Positions 1-6,278 of a stretch of DNA of 35,912 nt are shown piece by piece; positions within the stretch are counted from its first letter, which is position 1; every line of letters starts with the position of its first letter. A model generated the notes under the pieces. It was not told the origin of the DNA. It searched no databases and saw only the letters and a program-made list of their open reading frames with translations. Position numbers and translations under genes: made by a program. The DNA comes from a virus: positions 1 to 35,912 of the IMG/VR virus record IMGVR_UViG_3300045988_044516; one strand, 5' to 3'.

Positions 1-55
1 CCGAGATCGGCGTCGACCGAAAAACCATCTCCCGCCGCCTGCCGCACATCTACAA
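1..55. repeat. Terminal direct repeat copy 1 (identical to 35858..35912)
   Basis: CCGAGATCGGCGTCGACCGAAAAACCATCTCCCGCCGCCTGCCGCACATCTACAA was read at both ends. This looks like the k-mer overlap of a circular assembly. Confidence 0.95.
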
Positions 56-92
56 CACCGCCCGCCGCCTGGCACAAAGCAGCCCGCCCTGA
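1..92 (+). CDS. 3' part of the junction-spanning sigma-70 region-4-like HTH protein (continues from 35719..35857)
   Basis: The frame starting at nt 3 reads EIGVDRKTISRRLPHIYNTARRLAQSSPP, with stop TGA at 90-92. It continues the open frame at the window end. Confidence 0.6.
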   Translation, partial: EIGVDRKTISRRLPHIYNTARRLAQSSPP

Positions 93-118
93 GCATTACG
101 CTCCGGGCGGGCTTTTTT
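82..118 (+). terminator. Rho-independent terminator, shared hairpin between convergent genes
   Basis: GCCCGCCC (82-89) pairs with GGGCGGGC (105-112) and is followed by T6 (113-118). On the minus strand the same hairpin is followed by UGCUUUGUG. Confidence 0.75.
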
Positions 119-127
119 ACATTCAAA

Positions 128-367
128 TCATATTTTTTCAGCCGAAGGTTGCTCTGCTGGCATGTTTTGCCGCATATACGCGTCGATCCATTTGCGGATC
201 AGTTCATTCGGGGTCGTGCCGTTGGCTTTCGCCGTAGCCTTAAAGGTTTCCGCGATCTCCCGTTTTAGCTTGCAGGAAATCACGGACATGTTTTCTGCAT
301 CCCACTTGTTGCGAGTGCGCTTTTGCGCATCAGTTGGCATTCCTTGCCGCCTCCTTTTCTGAATCAT
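128..367 (-). CDS. Ribbon-helix-helix (CopG/Arc-like) DNA-binding protein, last gene of the accessory operon
   Basis: 79 aa. A basic N-terminus is followed by VISCKLKREIAETFKATAKANGTTPNELIRKWIDAY, a beta-strand/helix/helix RHH pattern. It overlaps the upstream gene by 4 nt. Confidence 0.65.
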   Translation of the reverse strand: MIQKRRRQGMPTDAQKRTRNKWDAENMSVISCKLKREIAETFKATAKANGTTPNELIRKWIDAYMRQNMPAEQPSAEKI

Positions 368-1146
368 AAAAAATGAATATAGATTTCTCCGCTTCTGATT
401 TTTGTGTTGAGAAACGCGGCCTCTGGATTCGGGGCGTTCTCAATGCTTTTCTTGCATAAATAAAGTACGATCTGCAAAGCCTGTCTGTGCGCGGCAAGCT
501 CGGCGGTTCTCAACTCCAAAGTTGTGATCATGGCTCTGCGGATCTCTGGATTATCATCCGATAGATTTTTCAGAGCTTCGCTTACCGTATGAGATAAGCT
601 CGAACGAACCGTTTTTTCTCCAAGATGGATTGGGATGCCGATGGTTTTACCGGTTTCTTTGAGATACAGCAGCCGCAGCTCGTGGTCGCCGCTATTTACA
701 TCATCCTCAAGATGCACAAACACACCGTGGCACGGAGAATCAATATACCGAAAGCCGTCGGCGAATTGCACATAAAAAGATCGGTACGGGATATGGTACA
801 GCGCCTCGCTATCGATCTCAAACTCCTCATCTTCTTGTGCAAACAATCGTTCCTGCAAAGAACGGCCGACAATAAACACATCCTTGTTTTCAATCCATGG
901 TGCAAGGGCGGCGATCTCTTGCGTTGCCTTTGTGGCGGCAGAAATGTTTTCGTATGTGCCAGGAGAATCGCCCATCACAATCGCCATTGCCGCGGACATT
1001 GGTGCATAGCACCATTGATTCCATCTCGGAAGCCCGTTCTTGCCGTTCATTTCATGGAACAGTTTCATTTTCTCCCAGGCATCAGGGTATTCTTCTGTTA
1101 CTCTCTGCAACAGAGCAAGCGGTGGATATGATGGATCAATTCGCAT
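364..1146 (-). CDS. Hypothetical protein (260 aa), no recognisable motif
   Basis: Long ORF in operon context, translationally coupled to its neighbours, with protein-like composition. Confidence 0.75.
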   Translation of the reverse strand: MRIDPSYPPLALLQRVTEEYPDAWEKMKLFHEMNGKNGLPRWNQWCYAPMSAAMAIVMGDSPGTYENISAATKATQEIAALAPWIENKDVFIVGRSLQERLFAQEDEEFEIDSEALYHIPYRSFYVQFADGFRYIDSPCHGVFVHLEDDVNSGDHELRLLYLKETGKTIGIPIHLGEKTVRSSLSHTVSEALKNLSDDNPEIRRAMITTLELRTAELAAHRQALQIVLYLCKKSIENAPNPEAAFLNTKIRSGEIYIHFL

Positions 1147-1900
1147 TCTTGATCTCCTCCACCTTTTCCTTGTACGCTGCCAGCGCGGACTTGTAATTTT
1201 TTATGGCTGAAACATCTTCATTGGAAATACTTGTTTCCGTATTATCCAGGTAAATGCGCCAGTTTCCGGGCCTTCCATAGAATTTCCCGTTCCAGCGTCC
1301 TGCCGGGTAGCATACAGGGCGTTCCGGCTTTTCGAGCGCTGCTATTGCGCTCGCAACAGCGGCGTCATCTTCTGCGAGGTGCTTTGCCATATCGCAGAAG
1401 AGCATATGATCCATCTGCGTGAAAGAGTTCTTGGATTCGAGTTCAGGGATGATCTCTTTCAGCGAGCGGATTGCATCGGAAACAGCATAGGAAACGGCTT
1501 CTGAAAATTCTTTTGCAGTGGTATATTTGGGTGCCGGAAGTTCCTTGCTCCAACACGCGTTGAATCGAGTTCCCATATCCAGGATGCCGGACAACCCTGT
1601 TTCAAACGGAACATCCCAGCGATAGCCGCGAGATTTGAGTGCATCCTTCACGGGCCGGGTGTCCCCGGTAATGGAGATCACGATCTGTGCATTGAGAACA
1701 TCAAGCCCAACGAGCGCCGTGATCGGATTCTTCGATTCTTCGGAACGCATACGCTTTGCGTAGCAGGCAGGGCATTCCGTATAGTGGTCTGCCGCCCACA
1801 GGGCCCAGCTATCAGCTTCGGAGCGGAGCCCTTTGTTGGCCGTTCTCGTAAATTCTGTTCCGCATGTTTCACATTTGCAGTAAGCTGTTGCTTTTGCCAT
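1136..1900 (-). CDS. Hypothetical protein with N-terminal 4-Cys zinc ribbon (254 aa)
   Basis: Internal ATG at 1900 is preceded by GAGGGGG. The protein starts MAKATAYCKCETCG...ECPACY and contains ITGDTRPVKDALKSRGYRWD. Confidence 0.75.
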   Translation of the reverse strand: MAKATAYCKCETCGTEFTRTANKGLRSEADSWALWAADHYTECPACYAKRMRSEESKNPITALVGLDVLNAQIVISITGDTRPVKDALKSRGYRWDVPFETGLSGILDMGTRFNACWSKELPAPKYTTAKEFSEAVSYAVSDAIRSLKEIIPELESKNSFTQMDHMLFCDMAKHLAEDDAAVASAIAALEKPERPVCYPAGRWNGKFYGRPGNWRIYLDNTETSISNEDVSAIKNYKSALAAYKEKVEEIKNAN

Positions 1901-1989
1901 GATATTTGCCCCCTCATTTTTATTATACTGCTCCAATGCGGTTGCACCGGAGCAGTTTTTGTTGGAATGGAATGTGGTGGATCTAAAAC

Positions 1990-2205
1990 TCAGATCTTCT
2001 CGCCGCAGCATACGCGATACTGGATCTCTGCGGGTATATTGTGTTCAGTCCGCCCGCAATACCAACGGGAGAGGATTTCGCCGCTATCATCGTAGCTGGC
2101 TTTTTCGGCCAGCTTAAGAAGCCGGCTTGCAGAGTTCGAGCGGTGGAAAAAAAACATCTGGCCGTTTTCGTCGAATGCCTTAAAGAAGTATTTATACTGT
2201 TTCAT
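1990..2205 (-). CDS. Hypothetical small protein (71 aa), first gene of the accessory operon
   Basis: ATG at 2205 is preceded by AGGAGGA. The ORF track's start at 2223 lacks an SD. Confidence 0.55.
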   Translation of the reverse strand: MKQYKYFFKAFDENGQMFFFHRSNSASRLLKLAEKASYDDSGEILSRWYCGRTEHNIPAEIQYRVCCGEKI

Positions 2206-2268
2206 TTTGTGTTCCTCCTGCATTCATTTTTAATCTCCGGATCTCGCCTTGTTTTATCTTATGGCTAT

Positions 2269-2297
2269 ATTATATACTGTAATACCGTATATGTCAA
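2269..2297 (-). promoter_or_regulatory. Consensus sigma-A promoter with an inverted repeat in its spacer
   Basis: On the minus strand: TTGACA (2297-2292), 17-nt spacer, TATAAT (2274-2269). ATATAC-N9-GTATAT (2272-2292) lies inside the spacer. Confidence 0.7.
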
Positions 2298-2347
2298 GGG
2301 GCTTTCAAAATATTTTATAAAAAATAAAAACAAAAGCCCCCACAAAT

Positions 2348-2374
2348 GGGACAGAAATGTCCCGGAAATGTCCC
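2348..2374. promoter_or_regulatory. Palindrome plus direct repeat, candidate operator/activator site upstream of the 2448 operon
   Basis: Palindrome GGGACA-GAAA-TGTCCC (2348-2363). GAAATGTCCC is repeated at 2354-2363 and 2365-2374, an 11-bp period. Confidence 0.4.
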
Positions 2375-2447
2375 CCATAAAAACCGGGGAAGCGGCAAAA
2401 TGAGAGTAGGAGCTGGCCAGCTTACTACTTTTACCGGAGGATTTTTT

Positions 2448-3083
2448 ATGGAATACGCAAGCAAGGGACTCGCGGGGACTGCGCTGGGCTTTGGCATCGG
2501 CGGCGCCGCGATGAGTCTGGCAAACGGCGGACTCGGCAATCTGCTGGGCGGCATCGGACAGAACAACAAGTCGGCAGCCGCTGACATCGCTGCGGCGGTC
2601 ACGCCTGCCATGACGGTCGCCGCCATGCTCGCAGCACGCCAGCAGGAGCCGACGTGCAGCGAGAACATGCCGGTCACGCGCTACGATCTTGAACGGGAGC
2701 AGAAGCTGGCCGCGAAGGACAGCGAGATCGCGCTGCTCAAGGCCAACACGTACAACGATAGCAAGATGCTGGAGGTGTACGGTTATATCGACAGGCAGCT
2801 CAAGGACGTCCATGAGGCGCTGTGCAAGCAGGCCGTCCACAACCAGCGCACCGAGGACAGCTTCACGCTGGTCAAGCAGGACGTCGAGTCTGTCCGCAAG
2901 GAAGCTCTTGGCGCGGTCAAGATGGAGGCCGAGCGCCGCTGCTGCGGCGACAACGCCCTGAAGACCTATGTCAACGCAACCTTTTATCCCAAGCAGGTCG
3001 CAGATGTCACCACAGGCACCGCGACCACGGCGCAGACGCTCTACGATCCGCTCCCGAAGTGCTGCGGCTGCTGCAACAACTAA
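2448..3083 (+). CDS. Glycine-zipper / coiled-coil / C-terminal Cys-cluster protein (211 aa), function unknown
   Basis: ATG at 2448 follows GGAGG. Motifs: GLAGTALGFGIGGAAMSLANGGLGNLLGGIG, then AAKDSEIALLKANTY, then RRCCGDN, ending KCCGCCNN. Confidence 0.8.
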   Translation: MEYASKGLAGTALGFGIGGAAMSLANGGLGNLLGGIGQNNKSAAADIAAAVTPAMTVAAMLAARQQEPTCSENMPVTRYDLEREQKLAAKDSEIALLKANTYNDSKMLEVYGYIDRQLKDVHEALCKQAVHNQRTEDSFTLVKQDVESVRKEALGAVKMEAERRCCGDNALKTYVNATFYPKQVADVTTGTATTAQTLYDPLPKCCGCCNN

Positions 3084-3132
3084 GCCAAAGGGGCGGCAAT
3101 AGCCGCCCCATCCGAAAACGGAGGATAACTGT

Positions 3133-3471
3133 ATGACAGTGACGATAGATCAGGCCATGCGCGGCGCGATGCGCTACGCTGACAACGAGGTCATCCCGCA
3201 CCTGCCGGGCGGCAAGGGCATCGGGGCCGGGATCATGCTGGCGCTCATCATGGAGGGCAGCCGAGAAAAGATCCTTGCGCTGCGCGAGAATCCAGCGGTC
3301 AAGATGATGCAGATTTTTGACGACGCCGGAAACATCGACCTCGACAAGCTCTACAACGCGGCCCGGCCGCGATTTGAAAACAAACTGACCGTATCCGTCC
3401 CGCTGCTGGGCGATATGCGGTTTGACCAGAATGACGTCGATAAACTCTACCGGTATATCCAGGAGGCATGA
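3133..3471 (+). CDS. Hypothetical protein (112 aa)
   Basis: ATG preceded by CGGAGGA, in operon with its neighbours. Confidence 0.75.
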   Translation: MTVTIDQAMRGAMRYADNEVIPHLPGGKGIGAGIMLALIMEGSREKILALRENPAVKMMQIFDDAGNIDLDKLYNAARPRFENKLTVSVPLLGDMRFDQNDVDKLYRYIQEA

Positions 3472-3475
3472 CGAG

Positions 3476-3943
3476 ATGAAAGAATATATCGAAAAGCTTT
3501 ACACAAAGCTGCACGAGGCCATGGAGAAACCAGTGACGCTGGGCAGCGCAGAGGAAGTCGGACTGTACGCAAAGACGATCTGCAGGCTCGAAAAGCTGCA
3601 CGGGCACCACGACGAGCCGGAGACGGCCACATTTGATCGCGAAACGGCGATGCAGTGGGCAGCAAACATGCAAAACGCCGACGGCACGACCGGCCCGCAC
3701 TGGACGATGGAACAGACAACGGCCGTGGCCGAGAGCATGGGCATTCAGGCGCATGTGGTCCCGCGCTGGGCGTGGGGCGTGACCATGAACATGATGTACT
3801 CGGACTACTACCCCGTTGCCGTAGAGTTCGGCCTCAACCGCCCGGAGTTCTACGCCGCTCTGGCAAAGGCGTTCCTGCTCGATAAAGACGGCCCGGGGCC
3901 GGAACAGAAGCTCATGGCGTATTATGAGCATATCGCAAAATAA
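3476..3943 (+). CDS. Hypothetical protein (155 aa) with NADGTTGPHWTMEQT and MMYSDYY motifs
   Basis: Internal ATG at 3476 lies 9 nt after AGGAGG, with good coding composition. Confidence 0.8.
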   Translation: MKEYIEKLYTKLHEAMEKPVTLGSAEEVGLYAKTICRLEKLHGHHDEPETATFDRETAMQWAANMQNADGTTGPHWTMEQTTAVAESMGIQAHVVPRWAWGVTMNMMYSDYYPVAVEFGLNRPEFYAALAKAFLLDKDGPGPEQKLMAYYEHIAK

Positions 3944-3944
3944 A

Positions 3945-3974
3945 GAAATCCCTCCTGTCACCAGGAGGGATTTC
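3945..3974. terminator. Bidirectional hairpin terminator between convergent operons
   Basis: 13-bp stem GAAATCCCTCCTG/CAGGAGGGATTTC with loop TCAC. On the minus strand it is followed by UUUCUUUAU (end of integrase transcript). Confidence 0.6.
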
Positions 3975-4038
3975 CACTTGCTATAGAATCTATATTTAGA
4001 TGGGATTCATTCATACGTACCGAATAAATGTACAACCA

Positions 4039-5628
4039 TCAATCCGCGAGGGGATAGAGGGTGACGTGCATGTCGCTGCCGGATTTGGTGTAGGATTTGG
4101 TCTGTTTATGGTAGAGGACTTTCTGCAGGACAGTTTTCAGGAGGGCGTTTTTCTCCTGCGGGGATGCGGCGAGCGGGTAGGTCTCGAGGACGCGGCGGAC
4201 AGCGGGGGCCAGACGGGCGCGGGCCTGTCTGGCACGGGCCAGCTCATGGATCGTGGTCTGGCTTGCCTCGATGCGGTCGACGATGACCTGCTTGTCGGCG
4301 GCGAGCGCCTGCGAGCGCCGCAGGAAGATCTCCGGTGTATAGACACCAGTCTCGACCAGCTCATACGCGCGGGCCTCCTGCGCCTCCAGCTTGGCAAGCT
4401 GCTTGCGGTCGGCGGCGATCGAGGACTCGAGCGCGGCATGCATGGGAGCGTCATCCGGGGCGGCGGCCTCGCCAAGCTCCAGTTCGCGCAGCCAGCCGCG
4501 AAGAGCGTCCAGCACGGCGTCCTCCACATCGTCATACCACGCGCTGACGGTCGTGCAGCCGTAGGAGGGACAAAGGAGCGTGTCGCGGCGGTTGCCGGAC
4601 GACGGACGGCGCACCATCACGCGGCCGCACTGGTCGCAGCGGACGAGCCCGGCGAGGCTCGTCACGGTTCCCCATGCGCCCTTGCCGCGCGGGCTGGCGC
4701 TGGAATAGCTCAGAGCGACGGCCTTGTCGTACTGCTCCTGCGAGATCAGGCCGTCGTGCAGCCCTTTATAAAGCTTCAGATCCTCCTGCCGGGTGCGGGG
4801 GCGACTGACGACGACAGCGCCGTCGACAATGCGCTTCGTCTCCGGTCGGCCACCGGATTTGATCCAGCCAGCATTTGCCGGATTGCGCAGGATATCCAGC
4901 ACAGAGTCCGCGCGCCAGAGGCTGCCGGAGTTGGTCGGGACGCCGAGGCTGTTCAGCCGCGTGGAGATCGCCTTCGCGCCGATGCGCGCGCAGCCCTCGC
5001 CGGTGTACCAGTTGTAGATCTGCTGCAGGACGGGGGCCTGCTCCGGATGCGGGATGAGCTTATAGCCCTTGTCGTTCGGCAGCTTCTCACGCGACCAGCC
5101 GAAGGGCGTCTTGCCGGAGATCCACTTGCCTTCGCGTAAGGACGCCTCCTTGCCGCGCGACAGGCGGCGCTTGATGGTGTTGTACTCCCGCCGCGACATA
5201 AAAAGGCCGAATTCGAAGTACTCCTCATCCATCTCATTGTTTGGATCATAGATCTTGTTCGGCGTGATGATCTTCGTGTTGGAATACTTGAAGGTCTGGG
5301 CAATAATGCCCTGGTCGATGGTGTCACCGCGCGCCAGACGCTCGACCTCCATGACGATGACGCCCGCATAGTTCCCGGTCTCGACGAACTGCAGGACCTT
5401 CTGCACCTCCGGCCGGACAGCGATGGAGTCGCCGGTCACGACCTCCTCGCAGATCTCCACGACGTTCAGCCCGCGGCTTTCGGACAGCGACAAAAGCGCG
5501 GCCCGGTGCCGTTTGAGCGTGTCGGTCTGGCCGAGAGCTTCGGCCTCCATGTCCTTCCGGGACTTGCGCAGGTAAATGATGTACTGCGCGAGCGGGTCGG
5601 CGATTTTCCAGGTAGATGTAAATTTCAT
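4039..5628 (-). CDS. int: Large serine recombinase (phage integrase)
   Basis: 529 aa. N-terminal resolvase-type catalytic domain (YLRKSRKD...VERLARGD), then a recombinase domain, a zinc ribbon (CDQCG...CPSYGC) and a C-terminal coiled coil. Confidence 0.95.
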   Translation of the reverse strand: MKFTSTWKIADPLAQYIIYLRKSRKDMEAEALGQTDTLKRHRAALLSLSESRGLNVVEICEEVVTGDSIAVRPEVQKVLQFVETGNYAGVIVMEVERLARGDTIDQGIIAQTFKYSNTKIITPNKIYDPNNEMDEEYFEFGLFMSRREYNTIKRRLSRGKEASLREGKWISGKTPFGWSREKLPNDKGYKLIPHPEQAPVLQQIYNWYTGEGCARIGAKAISTRLNSLGVPTNSGSLWRADSVLDILRNPANAGWIKSGGRPETKRIVDGAVVVSRPRTRQEDLKLYKGLHDGLISQEQYDKAVALSYSSASPRGKGAWGTVTSLAGLVRCDQCGRVMVRRPSSGNRRDTLLCPSYGCTTVSAWYDDVEDAVLDALRGWLRELELGEAAAPDDAPMHAALESSIAADRKQLAKLEAQEARAYELVETGVYTPEIFLRRSQALAADKQVIVDRIEASQTTIHELARARQARARLAPAVRRVLETYPLAASPQEKNALLKTVLQKVLYHKQTKSYTKSGSDMHVTLYPLAD

Positions 5629-5657
5629 AAGCAGATTCTCGCCACTGTGGAAGGCGG

Positions 5658-6098
5658 TTATACGGGAACAAAGGATGCAAGCGCGGAGGCGCGAAGCCAG
5701 CCGATATTGGGATTACAAAGGTCGACAAGGAGCGCCAGGAGCGCGATGAGAACGATGCACACCAGCACGCCGATCAGAATATCCTTGCGCCGCGCCTCGA
5801 CGGACTTATGGCGGATGATCTGTTCCTGCTTGGAAATGATCGCGTTAGCATGCTTGAGCCGCAGCTCAAGCTCGGCGATGCGCGGCATTTTATCCGGCTG
5901 GTCCAGCAGCACGGCGCTGTCTGTGTCCATCGCGTCCGCGATCCGGTGCAGAGCGGACGAAGGGACGTCGCAGCCACGCTCATAGCGCGAGAGGCTGGCG
6001 ACGGAAACGCCGGAGGCATCGGACAGCTCGTTCAGCGTCATGCCGCGAGACAAACGCTCTGAACGGATGCGATTTTCACAGGTTTCCAAGGTTTCCAC
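5658..6098 (-). CDS. XRE-family HTH protein with coiled coil and C-terminal transmembrane helix
   Basis: HTH is IRSERLSRGMTLNELSDASGVSVASLSRYERG. The transmembrane helix is ILIGVLVCIVLIALLALLV. The likely start is GTG 6098 after GGAAAGGA. The ORF-track ATG at 6152 has no SD. Confidence 0.75.
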   Translation of the reverse strand: METLETCENRIRSERLSRGMTLNELSDASGVSVASLSRYERGCDVPSSALHRIADAMDTDSAVLLDQPDKMPRIAELELRLKHANAIISKQEQIIRHKSVEARRKDILIGVLVCIVLIALLALLVDLCNPNIGWLRASALASFVPV

Positions 6099-6233
6099 GA
6101 TCCTTTCCAAAAATGAGAATCCAGAAAATGCGGATTTCTCAAAAAATCTCATAAATTCTCATAACTGGTGGTTGCTGAAAACGAAAAACAGGCATACGCT
6201 GGAAGCGCAAGGACGGCTCCCGGTCGCCTGCGC

Positions 6234-6273
6234 AAGCAAAAGCCCGCGCCGTTGTTCGGCCGCCGGCGCGGGC
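6234..6273 (-). terminator. Rho-independent terminator of the 6279..7577 gene
   Basis: On the minus strand: GCCCGCGCCG, 12-nt loop, CGGCGCGGGC, then UUUUGCUU, directly after the stop codon. Confidence 0.75.
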
Positions 6274-6278
6274 GAATC

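Noticed and set aside
1924-1929. TATACT/TATAAT-like hexamers between genes at 1900-1990, suggesting an internal or antisense promoter.
   Set aside because: No acceptable -35 lies at 16-18 bp on either strand, and the predicted start would fall inside the adjacent hairpin. Only the hairpin is mentioned, under the operon finding.
4000-5139. A 379-aa plus-strand ORF opposite the integrase. Similar long antisense ORFs occur at 8287-8994, 16547-18154, 19935-21077, 23135-24772, 27430-28854, 29503-31044 and 31014-32105.
   Set aside because: These are shadow ORFs on the strand opposite well-supported genes in GC-rich DNA. Their composition is low-complexity and Arg/Gly/Ala/Pro-rich, and they lack SD sequences.
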